From an uncultured Candidatus Saccharibacteria bacterium (GTDB lineage Bacteria > Patescibacteriota > Minisyncoccia > UBA6257 > UBA11618), in contig CAYSNH010000001.1 in NCBI GenBank assembly GCA_964432405.1, positions 150,001 to 182,000 of the forward strand: a stretch of DNA of 32,000 nucleotides, written 5' to 3'. Below, one piece after another: positions 8,975 to 17,572 of this stretch; position 1 is the stretch's first letter, and every line of letters begins with the position of its first letter. The notes under the pieces are model-generated. The model was not told the DNA's origin. It was given only the letters and a program-made list of their open reading frames with translations, and ran no database searches. Position numbers and translations under genes: made by a program.

Positions 8975-9640
8975 TTATTTTTTATCTTTCTGAATAGAGA
9001 CGCCCCTTTTTTCAATTAGTGCTGGATTATAGAAGTTGTAAAATAGTTCGACGACCTCGTCTTCTGATAAAGGAACGGCTCTCAAGCCAACTCTATTTAA
9101 GCCAGCCGTCACCTGATCTACTCTCAGGTCTAATTGGCGTTTATTTTCTATGAACTGGTCACTTTCAGTCTTCTTTTCTTCCGCCCTCTTCTTTTTAAAT
9201 AATCCAAATAATCCTCCAGCTATTTTTTTACCTATTTTAGGAAGAGCGATCGGATCATAAGGAACTATAATAAAAAAAGTTTTAGACATAATAGGATTTC
9301 TTTCTACAAACGCCTTAACAAAATCTCGATAGTCAGTAATTATATTTTTTAATAAGCTGGTAGGTTCTTTTTGGTGAAGTTTTTTTAATTGATTAAGATA
9401 GTTGTCAATATTAATTTTTCGAGAATGAATTATTTCTTGAATAGAAAAACTAAGAGAGTTCAAGAATTCTTGATAGCTAAAAATAATCAAATTCTTTTCT
9501 TCTTCAGATTTAAGATCGAAGTTAATTCCTGAAACTAATAATATTTTTCTAAAACCACCGTTTTTTAAAACAACCACATCATCTTTAATATGATCAACGC
9601 TGATAATTTCTTGAGTTGCTAAAGATTTTTGTTTGGGCAT
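8975..9640 (-). CDS. VirB4 N-terminal-domain-like protein (separate ORF)
   Basis: 221 aa. QEIISVDHIKDDVVVLKNGGFRKILLVSGINFDLKSEEEKNLIIFSYQEFLNSL resembles the N-terminus of monoderm VirB4 homologues (Tn916 Orf16/TcpF/PrgJ type). Its TAA stop is immediately followed, in the same frame, by the ATG of the 565-aa ATPase ORF. Confidence 0.65.
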   Translation of the reverse strand: MPKQKSLATQEIISVDHIKDDVVVLKNGGFRKILLVSGINFDLKSEEEKNLIIFSYQEFLNSLSFSIQEIIHSRKINIDNYLNQLKKLHQKEPTSLLKNIITDYRDFVKAFVERNPIMSKTFFIIVPYDPIALPKIGKKIAGGLFGLFKKKRAEEKKTESDQFIENKRQLDLRVDQVTAGLNRVGLRAVPLSEDEVVELFYNFYNPALIEKRGVSIQKDKK

Positions 9641-9654
9641 TGTTTTATTATAAT

Positions 9655-10125
9655 TTATCTATAATCAACACGACGAGCCACTTCTCTTTCGCCGGTAGTT
9701 TTTCTAAAAACCTCATATTCATTCTTCATTTTTTTAAGCCTTTGTAAGAAAGGAAGCATAAAAGACTTCTCTCCCTTAATAGGCTTGCTAGAAGTGTCTA
9801 GTTTTAATTTTAAGTTTGATAGTCCTTTTTTAGCAACTTGCTTACCACCCTTTTTTTTCCAGATGTAAATGCGAGGACGCCAATAATAATTAATCATAGA
9901 TGTTAAGAGGGTGAGAAACGATCTGCCATTATATTTAACAAAGGCAAAAGAGGCGCTTATTATAGCTATTAAAATAGTGAACACTAGCCAGAAATAAAAG
10001 TTTAAGACAAAGAAGCTAAAGAAGATTATTAAGAAGCCAGCTGCAACGTATAAAAACTGTTTAATAGTTAGAGGACCAACTATCCTATCTTCTATATCTA
10101 TAAATTGAGGGACTTGAAAATGCAT
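9655..10125 (-). CDS. PrgI-family (VirB3-like) membrane protein
   Basis: 156 aa. N-terminus FQVPQFIDIEDRIVGPLTIKQFLYVAAGFLIIFF, followed by a second TM helix. This is the PrgI pattern, and the gene sits directly upstream of virB4 as in monoderm T4SSs. Confidence 0.65.
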   Translation of the reverse strand: MHFQVPQFIDIEDRIVGPLTIKQFLYVAAGFLIIFFSFFVLNFYFWLVFTILIAIISASFAFVKYNGRSFLTLLTSMINYYWRPRIYIWKKKGGKQVAKKGLSNLKLKLDTSSKPIKGEKSFMLPFLQRLKKMKNEYEVFRKTTGEREVARRVDYR

Positions 10126-10126
10126 A

Positions 10127-10906
10127 TTAACTAAACCATTTAGAATCTGGAATCTTAACTTTGATTTCTCCTTTAGTCGGAGGTATTTGAGGGGTGTTGA
10201 GAGGTGTGAAGAAATTGCTATAATGCACGATTCTTTGAACCTCTACATTATCATCTAAAGAGTTCTCTATCTCAACTCTAACAGGAGCTTCTTCAACAGA
10301 TCTTTCCTTAACAGGTTCTTTATAAGTGAAAGAAGACTTACTCTCTTCTTCTACAGGCTTAATCTCTCCTATTTCTTCATGAAGAACAAATGGTTGATTG
10401 GGAGTAGGTGGTTTTATTTTTTGTTTTGCTAATGGCAGATTGTTAGGAGCCTCAGTTGCTGGCTTATTTTTAACCTTGGTGGGCTTAGCACTTAACTTAG
10501 CAGGATTAGAATATTCTGTTACCGGCGCCGGTTTATCAGGGTAGGATGATAGTTGGTCAGGTGGAGCTGTAGAGTATTCAATCATCTCATGAACATCAAC
10601 GCCTATTTTCTTTAACTCTGCCTCGATTGGCTGCAAGCACTCATCATGAATTTTTTGAGTCACTTCTTTAGCAGCCTCATAATTTATTTTTAGTTGAGAT
10701 CCTAGTTCATTAGCAAAGTCTCGGGGATCTAAATCCTGAACAGCTACTCGAAGAATTAATTTAGAAATAATCCTTTCCTTATCAGACTTCAAGCTAAGCT
10801 TATCATTGAGAGTAGTTATATTTTTTACTATTTCTTCAGAGCTAAGCCAGTCTCTGATTTTATCAGATAATGAAGCGAAGGCGTTTTGTAATGATGTTGT
10901 GACCAT
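10127..10906 (-). CDS. Hypothetical soluble protein with a Pro/Lys-rich C-terminal half (T4SS-like operon)
   Basis: 259 aa. No TM segment. It is the only long ORF at this position and is tightly packed between its neighbours. Confidence 0.55.
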   Translation of the reverse strand: MVTTSLQNAFASLSDKIRDWLSSEEIVKNITTLNDKLSLKSDKERIISKLILRVAVQDLDPRDFANELGSQLKINYEAAKEVTQKIHDECLQPIEAELKKIGVDVHEMIEYSTAPPDQLSSYPDKPAPVTEYSNPAKLSAKPTKVKNKPATEAPNNLPLAKQKIKPPTPNQPFVLHEEIGEIKPVEEESKSSFTYKEPVKERSVEEAPVRVEIENSLDDNVEVQRIVHYSNFFTPLNTPQIPPTKGEIKVKIPDSKWFS

Positions 10907-10920
10907 AATTTTTTTATATT

Positions 10921-12780
10921 CTAACTAAAAGACGGGCCATTTATATAATCCTTTAATTCCTTTAATTCTTTGTATTCTTTTCCACCAGGCGCCATTGATA
11001 TGAGATCTTCTCTTATGCCTGGACTCTCTCTTCTCCTTACTTCAGGCATTTTTATTTCTAAATGTTGGTTAATAGTGCTTTGAAGGACCTGCTTCTTTTC
11101 TGTTTGAGGTGATCGGGCTAATTCTTTTAATTGATTTTTTGTTAGCCCCATAGCCACCTCGACCTTTCTAAGTTCTGAGGTGGCTATATTTACAATCTCT
11201 TTAGCAGGAATTTTGCCAGTCGCCTTTCTAATTGCTTCAGCTACATTTTCAGTTCCCTCAACAAATTCCCCAGCTAAAGAAGGCATGGTTTTTAGAGCCT
11301 CTTCTTTGGAGTTCATCTTTTTAGCTGAGTTGACAAAAGGTTTTATAGCAGCCTCTCGATCACCCCCTCTTTTATCAAGAAAGTCATCTAATTGACCTCG
11401 TTTCGACAGCTCATTAAGCTTAGCAGCTTTAGCAGTCGCTCCTAATTCTGAGTAACCATATAGCTCCGTGTTATTAAGACCCTTCAACTTTTCATTTTGA
11501 TAGCTGTCAACTTGCTTTTTTCTATCAGCTCTCTTTTTAGAGTCTGCATCAGCTCTGTAGCTCGATGTAAATCTTCTAATACCAGGCATTCTAGCTAGTC
11601 CAGATCCAGCAGCTCCTAACCCAGCCTTACCAGCTCGTAAAGGCAGTTTAGCAAATCCTTTACCAATCTTTTTGGTCCTACCCTTAAATCTGTTATAAAG
11701 AGCAAGTGAGCTATTTTCCACCATGTCTTTTGCGCTACTACTTATTTTTTTTGAAATAATCAGATTACCTAGCAATAATCCAATGACAATAGATAGTCGA
11801 GCTCCTGTTTCAGCAATATTAGCAATAAAATCACTAACATTACCACCGGAACCGCTAATAACACCAAAGACGCCACTAGGATGAGTTTTGAAATTGGTCA
11901 AGAAGATAATAGTTAAATAAATAAAGAATAGTGAAACTGGCAGAAAGGCCAGGTATTCAATGAATTTTCCCTGCCATTCCTCCCAATTCTTTTTAAATTT
12001 AGGAATTGCGCTAGAGATTAAGGCTAAGGGTAGCATTATTAACAACAGGGATAAGGCTATATAACGCACTAGGACTGATAAGGACAATATCATCATAGTA
12101 CCCCCTCCCAAGACGGTGAAAGCAACAACAAAAAATAGTGCTGCTAGTAATTGAAGTGATGCCTTGCCAAATTGAAAATCAGCGCTTTCTGTAAATTTAT
12201 CCTCCTCCTCTTCAAGAGTATCTGTTTTCATAGCCTCTTGTAATCCTAGGGCATGTGCAAGAGATTTGGAAAATTCACTGAAGTCCCCGTGGCTAGCGTT
12301 TGGAGTTGATTTTGTCACAAAGAAATTACTAACAACACCAGTAGCATCAATAAATACACCGGCAATTGATAAGCTAAAGTTGATTAGAAGAGCGACTATA
12401 ATAATCTTTGGCAAAAGATTTTTATATGTATACCCTTGCAACCTTATAATAGTTCCGATAGCAGCTGTAATTATAGCCACAACCAACAACAAGTTAGCAA
12501 AGTCGCGAGATATCTGCCAACCAACTTGTACTAAGGGGCTGTTTATTAGATTGGCATTTAATTCCAGACCTACTTGGATTAAAAATCCAGCTATCATAAA
12601 GACAATTGCCGCTAAATAACCAATAAGATAGACAGCAAAATACAAAAATTTTGCCATTGCGGCATCCACTGCTGAGAGCGTACTGAGAGCGCCGCCCTCT
12701 AAAAAACCTGCTTGAGCTAAGCTAGGTATTAAAATTACCAAGAGTAGAAGTAGAAGTAGTATTTTATGTCCTTTAAACAT
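10921..12780 (-). CDS. VirB6/TrbL-like polytopic membrane protein with a long basic hydrophilic C-terminal tail
   Basis: 619 aa. Signal-like N-terminus, then at least 6 hydrophobic helices over about 340 aa, then a roughly 275-aa charged tail. Confidence 0.6.
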   Translation of the reverse strand: MFKGHKILLLLLLLVILIPSLAQAGFLEGGALSTLSAVDAAMAKFLYFAVYLIGYLAAIVFMIAGFLIQVGLELNANLINSPLVQVGWQISRDFANLLLVVAIITAAIGTIIRLQGYTYKNLLPKIIIVALLINFSLSIAGVFIDATGVVSNFFVTKSTPNASHGDFSEFSKSLAHALGLQEAMKTDTLEEEEDKFTESADFQFGKASLQLLAALFFVVAFTVLGGGTMMILSLSVLVRYIALSLLLIMLPLALISSAIPKFKKNWEEWQGKFIEYLAFLPVSLFFIYLTIIFLTNFKTHPSGVFGVISGSGGNVSDFIANIAETGARLSIVIGLLLGNLIISKKISSSAKDMVENSSLALYNRFKGRTKKIGKGFAKLPLRAGKAGLGAAGSGLARMPGIRRFTSSYRADADSKKRADRKKQVDSYQNEKLKGLNNTELYGYSELGATAKAAKLNELSKRGQLDDFLDKRGGDREAAIKPFVNSAKKMNSKEEALKTMPSLAGEFVEGTENVAEAIRKATGKIPAKEIVNIATSELRKVEVAMGLTKNQLKELARSPQTEKKQVLQSTINQHLEIKMPEVRRRESPGIREDLISMAPGGKEYKELKELKDYINGPSFS

Positions 12781-12785
12781 TATGA

Positions 12786-14180
12786 TTATTTACAAGCTTC
12801 TAATTGCTGTTGGGTGCTTGATATTTTTCCAGTAATTTCATTTTGAATCTGATCCTTAGTAGTCTCTTTAGTAGTTTGGAATGATTGAGCAGCTTCTTCA
12901 TCTAATAAATTAACTATATTATTGTAATGATATGCGATAGTTGGAGTATCTTGATAAGTGGGGTTTTGGATATTAAACTTAGCACTTTCTAGCGCCTCGG
13001 TAATCTGTTTATTATTTAACAGCTCTCCATTTAGTTGATTTAAAGCCCTTTGTTCATTTTCTAGGTTGGTTTCTGTAGATATGACTTCTGGTAAGTTGCG
13101 TTGAGCCTGACAGTCTCTTAGTTCAGCCACCATTACCACCAGCGTAGATTGACTTCCTACTAATGTAGCTAGCACCTCTCCTCCAATCTGTCTTGGTAAT
13201 AGGGTCGCGTCAATTTGAGTAATAAATGTTAGTTGGTTGTCCCCAAAAGTTTTTTCATTAGCCTTAACAATAGACAGGCAATTAGTTAAGTCACTACCTC
13301 TCAATCCGGCACACGGGCCAGAACCGCTTATGTAGCCATTAGTTGGTTTGTCAGGAGTGGTTAAGCTAATTAACCCTTCTGCACCGGACCTAATTAATCT
13401 ATTAATTAAAGCATCCGCTATCGCCCCTACATAAACAGCTAAATCATTGGCGTTAATTAGATAGTCGATATCAGAGCCAACAGCTTTTGCAACTAAAGCA
13501 CCAACTTGAGCTCCTGGAGTGGTAATTGTACAGAATCTTCCAGAAGGATCACACTTTCTAGTGCCTAAGAAGCCATTACCAGAAACAGCCTCTAAAATAC
13601 TAGCCTGAGCCTCTTCAGCAATTCGACGATCTCTCTCATTCATAGCCATAAAGACAGCGCCATAATAATTGTTTTGAGGTAACCACATTTCTGAGTAAGC
13701 AAACCAACCACCGTTACGGAAGTCCTCATAAAAGTTTTCAATATTACCAACGATATCATCTAGTGTGCAAGAAACGAAATCAGTAAATCTTGGCGGGTTA
13801 AGAATGCTTAACTGAACTTGGAGGCCGAAAGGAGAGCAGAGCTCTTCTAATCCTAGCTCTAGCGCAAAGTCACCTGCTGCAATATTAGCCGCATCAGATA
13901 AGAAGCCTTTCCAGTCAGTAACAAACAAAGGCTTCCCTCCTCCTTCAACCCAGTTAACTATCTGATCGGTAACCATTGATAACAATCTTCTTTTTAGAGC
14001 TGCCACAGCTACCTCAGTAACTTTTCTAAAGAATGTTTCGTCACTAGCGTGAGTAAGTAAGACGGGGTTAGATTCAAAGACAACATCGCCAACTCCGAAA
14101 ATAGCCTCGGCTTTTTGAACAGGTGTTAAAATCAAGCTAAGTCCGATAATTCCAATTAAAATTTTATTTCTAATATTCAT
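12786..14180 (-). CDS. Secreted Cys-containing hypothetical protein (T4SS-like operon)
   Basis: 464 aa. Signal peptide ending ...VQKAEA. I recognise no family. The start shares one base with the upstream stop (TAATG at 14178..14182). Confidence 0.6.
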   Translation of the reverse strand: MNIRNKILIGIIGLSLILTPVQKAEAIFGVGDVVFESNPVLLTHASDETFFRKVTEVAVAALKRRLLSMVTDQIVNWVEGGGKPLFVTDWKGFLSDAANIAAGDFALELGLEELCSPFGLQVQLSILNPPRFTDFVSCTLDDIVGNIENFYEDFRNGGWFAYSEMWLPQNNYYGAVFMAMNERDRRIAEEAQASILEAVSGNGFLGTRKCDPSGRFCTITTPGAQVGALVAKAVGSDIDYLINANDLAVYVGAIADALINRLIRSGAEGLISLTTPDKPTNGYISGSGPCAGLRGSDLTNCLSIVKANEKTFGDNQLTFITQIDATLLPRQIGGEVLATLVGSQSTLVVMVAELRDCQAQRNLPEVISTETNLENEQRALNQLNGELLNNKQITEALESAKFNIQNPTYQDTPTIAYHYNNIVNLLDEEAAQSFQTTKETTKDQIQNEITGKISSTQQQLEACK

Positions 14181-14962
14181 TAAATACTTATTTGATTAAT
14201 CTTTAATAAATTCAAAACCTTGCTAGTTACCTCCTTAAACCCAGCATCTATTGACGGGTTGTATCTTAAAGCCGCTAAAGCCTCCAGAGGGCTGTCATTG
14301 GCATCCCGCAACTTAGTCATAACTATCTTTTGCTTAATCATTAAAGAGATTTGTTGCTTGTGTATACTGGTAGCTGGCACAGGAACTTCTAATTTATAAA
14401 AATCAGCTATAGCACCGTCATAAGAAGAAGTTATTTTATCAAAATTATTTTTACTAAACTCCTCCCAATTTATCTTCTGTGTAGCGAAGTGCTTGTTGAT
14501 TATTTTTTGGAAAGAACGTAAGTAGTTGGCAAGAGCTTCTTTGTCGGTTCGATGAGAAATATTAATCCTTGCTAATTTAACATCATTAAATCCAAGATCT
14601 ATATTATTAACTTTCTCCAGCTCTTCATTAATTATAGAGTTGGCTATATTTTCTGGATTAAGAGCCTTGGCATATTTCTGATCATCAATATCTACTAAAC
14701 CATTATTATTTAATTCCTTGATATGTTGAGCTATCTTATTACCTAGCTGTTTAGTAGTCTCTTCTGCAACTGGATTAGTTTGACGTGTGTTAAGAGGAAT
14801 ATCCTCATTTAAGGTATTTGAAATATTTGATTTCTCCTGAGCTGTTTTTGGTGGTGATGCTGTTGGAGTCTGAGTCTCTAATGAATTACCAAAAAATATT
14901 AATCCACCCAAAACAAACAGGCCCATAAGCAAAAACAAACCGAATTTACGCACGGATCTCAT
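14180..14962 (-). CDS. N-terminally membrane-anchored hypothetical protein, first gene of the T4SS-like operon
   Basis: 260 aa. TM helix FGLFLLMGLFVLGGLIFF followed by a soluble domain of about 200 aa. That architecture is compatible with a VirB8-like role, but I see no sequence signature. Confidence 0.55.
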   Translation of the reverse strand: MRSVRKFGLFLLMGLFVLGGLIFFGNSLETQTPTASPPKTAQEKSNISNTLNEDIPLNTRQTNPVAEETTKQLGNKIAQHIKELNNNGLVDIDDQKYAKALNPENIANSIINEELEKVNNIDLGFNDVKLARINISHRTDKEALANYLRSFQKIINKHFATQKINWEEFSKNNFDKITSSYDGAIADFYKLEVPVPATSIHKQQISLMIKQKIVMTKLRDANDSPLEALAALRYNPSIDAGFKEVTSKVLNLLKINQISI

Positions 14963-15016
14963 GTAATAATTATACCTTTAATTAGTAAACTAAAAAATTA
15001 AGAGAGTTATCCACTA
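14963..15016 (-). promoter_or_regulatory. Candidate promoter of the T4SS-like operon: TATAAT 6 nt upstream of the ATG, plus a DnaA-box-like 9-mer
   Basis: Reverse strand reads ...AGTGGATAAC...TTTACTAATTAAAGG TATAAT TATTAC ATG. The -10 is at 14974..14969. TTATCCACT lies at 15008..15016 on the plus strand. The -35 is poor. Confidence 0.35.
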
Positions 15017-15017
15017 C

Positions 15018-15779
15018 TTAAAACAACCTAGACATTTTTTGGATAGTTTCTAAATCCAAGTTTTGAGGCCTACTCCTCTCTTTTATATCTAAATCAGTTA
15101 ATTTTTCTTTTATAGCATCTTTTTCTAGCTCTAATCCTTCAGAAAGATTATTTAAAATAGTTTTTCTAGGCTGTTTAAATAGAATTCTAATGAACTTATA
15201 GTAGCGCTCACTATCTTTTACGTGCTTCGTTCTTAGGCTGATAATAGCGGAGTCAACTTTAGGGGGTGGAATAAAGCTGCCAGGGGGAATAGTGGCTATT
15301 ATTTTAGGATCAGCCCAATATTGAACGCTAGCAGCTAGCAGGTTCATTGATGGCGGTTTGGCAGATAATCTTTTCGCCACCTCTTTTTGCATGGTAAAGA
15401 CGGTTAGAGAAGGCTTATTATCTAATTCAGCAATTATTCTCAATAAATGACCGGTGATGTAATAAGGGATGTTGCCTATTAATTTATAATCCCTATTCAA
15501 TTTATTGGTTATAGGCGGCAGGGCCTTTAACGCATCATCTTCAATAACCTCTAGGATTGCAGTACTCCTATTTTTTAATTTAAGATCGAGAGCTAATTTT
15601 TTATCTTTCTCTAAAGCTATAATCTTGCCTATTGGAGCCTCCATTAACAGCTCGGTTAAAGATCCTCTACCCGGACCAATTTCAATAACAAAATCCCCGC
15701 TCTGTATTTCTAGAGCTTCAATTATTTTTTTCAGAATATTCTGATCTTTTAAAAAATGTTGTCCCAATCTTTTTCCCAT
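15018..15779 (-). CDS. rsmA: 16S rRNA (adenine1518/1519-N6)-dimethyltransferase
   Basis: 253 aa. LGQHFLKD start and SAM motif VIEIGPGRGSLT. Confidence 0.93.
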   Translation of the reverse strand: MGKRLGQHFLKDQNILKKIIEALEIQSGDFVIEIGPGRGSLTELLMEAPIGKIIALEKDKKLALDLKLKNRSTAILEVIEDDALKALPPITNKLNRDYKLIGNIPYYITGHLLRIIAELDNKPSLTVFTMQKEVAKRLSAKPPSMNLLAASVQYWADPKIIATIPPGSFIPPPKVDSAIISLRTKHVKDSERYYKFIRILFKQPRKTILNNLSEGLELEKDAIKEKLTDLDIKERSRPQNLDLETIQKMSRLF

Positions 15780-15782
15780 ACT

Positions 15783-17558
15783 CTAATATTCAATATACAT
15801 CTCATCCTCGTCAGGTAAATGGTCTTTGTCTTGCCCAAGACCTTTAAATACTAACAGCTCCTCAGGTATTTCGTATAAAAATCTTGAAGGAATACTGTTT
15901 AAGGTGAGGAATAGATTTTTTCTAGCCCTAGTCATAGCAACATACATTAATCGCCTTTCCTCTTCTAACTCTTCTGGAGAGCCTAGAGATCTTTCGTGAG
16001 GTAATAATCCTTCACTACAACCACAAACAAAAACATTATCAAACTCCAATCCTTTTGATAAATGAATTGTCATCAATTTAACTCCACCCATCCCCTCAGG
16101 CTGATCCTGGCTTTGTACCAAGCTAACCGCTTCCAAAAAAGCAGCTAAACCCTGACTTTCAAAAGAAGAGGCAAAATTAACCAGCTCCTGAATATTTTCA
16201 ATCCTCTCTTTGTAGTTTTTATAATGACTTTCTAGATAGCTAATATAATTAGAGTTATTTAGAAATGAATCAATCAATTGAGTGAGGCTAAGTTCTGTTG
16301 CTAGACGGGGTAGGTTTTCAATTAACACCCTGCTACGCCTCTTACCAAAAGCTTTTTGCAGACGCTCAAAGCTAACTTCGTCATTAGGATTAAAAGCAAA
16401 GCGTAATCCAGCCAATAAATCTTTAACCTCTTTTCTTTCATAAAAGCGAATACCGCCAAAAACCTGGTAAGGTATTTGTTCGTATATTAAAGCTTGCTCA
16501 ATAGCTCGTGATTGAGCGTTAGTGCGATATAAAATGGCTATTTCATCAGAACTGTTATTAGATCCTCTCAGATCCATTATTTTAGAGGTAATCCAACCAG
16601 CCTCTTCTTCTTCTGATTGAGAAGTGGTGACATTTATTTTATTGCCGGCTGGATTTTGAGTCCAGAGAGTTTTTTCTTTCTGAAACTTATTATGTTTAAT
16701 CAATTCATTAGCCGCATTAATGATATTGGCGGAAGAGCGATAGTTTTCTTCTAATAAAACTACTTTGGCGTTAGGCCAATCTTTTTCAAAGTTAAGAAAA
16801 TTACGAAAATCAGCATGTCGCCAGCCATAAATTGATTGAGCATCATCACCCACAACGCTAAGGTTGTTATGTTTTTTAGCTAGCAGCTTTATTAATAGGT
16901 ATTGGGTCACATTAGTGTCTTGAAACTCATCAACTAAAATATATTTAAATCTATTTTGATACTTTTTTAATATCTTAGGGTCATCTCTCAACAAAATAAC
17001 TATTTTTTCAATCAAGTCATCAAAGTCAAAAGCATTACACTTCTTTAAGGTCTTCTCGTATATCTCATAAGCCCTAGTCATCATCTCATCATCATTAGAT
17101 GAGACTAACTCACTTTTTATTTTTGAAATATAATAACGTATTAAACGAGGCTTATACTCTTCCTTGTCCAAATGGAGCTCTTTAATAATCTTTCTAATAA
17201 CAGATAAAGAATCACCGTCATCGAAGATTGTAAATTGAGAGCTTCTTCCTAAATGTTTTGCTTCAACTCTTAATAAGCGAGCTCCTAATGAATGAAAGGT
17301 GCTAACAATTAATCCCTTGGTATTAACATTTTTGGCCTGACAATCTCTTTCTATCCGAAACTTCATTTCATTAGCAGCCTTGTTGGTAAAGGTAATGGCT
17401 AATATTTTCTCAGCTGGAACACCGGACTCTAAAAGACTAATAATTCTATTAGTTAAAGTCTTTGTTTTGCCAGATCCCGCCCCTGCCGCAATCAATAAAG
17501 GACCCTCTTTATAATCAACGGCCTCTTGTTGATTTTTGTTAAGTTTTTCTGTTATCAT
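15783..17558 (-). CDS. pcrA: UvrD/PcrA/Rep-family SF1 DNA helicase (short, 591 aa)
   Basis: Motif I AGAGSGKT, motif II ILVDEFQDTN, plus YRS..NI and VKLMTIHLSKGLEF and VAMTRAR. The choice between uvrD, pcrA and rep cannot be made from sequence alone. Confidence 0.9.
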   Translation of the reverse strand: MITEKLNKNQQEAVDYKEGPLLIAAGAGSGKTKTLTNRIISLLESGVPAEKILAITFTNKAANEMKFRIERDCQAKNVNTKGLIVSTFHSLGARLLRVEAKHLGRSSQFTIFDDGDSLSVIRKIIKELHLDKEEYKPRLIRYYISKIKSELVSSNDDEMMTRAYEIYEKTLKKCNAFDFDDLIEKIVILLRDDPKILKKYQNRFKYILVDEFQDTNVTQYLLIKLLAKKHNNLSVVGDDAQSIYGWRHADFRNFLNFEKDWPNAKVVLLEENYRSSANIINAANELIKHNKFQKEKTLWTQNPAGNKINVTTSQSEEEEAGWITSKIMDLRGSNNSSDEIAILYRTNAQSRAIEQALIYEQIPYQVFGGIRFYERKEVKDLLAGLRFAFNPNDEVSFERLQKAFGKRRSRVLIENLPRLATELSLTQLIDSFLNNSNYISYLESHYKNYKERIENIQELVNFASSFESQGLAAFLEAVSLVQSQDQPEGMGGVKLMTIHLSKGLEFDNVFVCGCSEGLLPHERSLGSPEELEEERRLMYVAMTRARKNLFLTLNSIPSRFLYEIPEELLVFKGLGQDKDHLPDEDEMYIEY

Positions 17559-17572
17559 GGGTTATTGATACA

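Noticed and set aside
17559-17572. The 14-bp spacer between the divergent helicase and M23-peptidase start codons as a shared regulatory element
   Set aside because: The candidate -10 hexamers here (TATCAA on the minus strand, TGtTATCAT on the plus strand) are weak and have no supporting -35. This is noted as compact gene packing, not as a supported feature.
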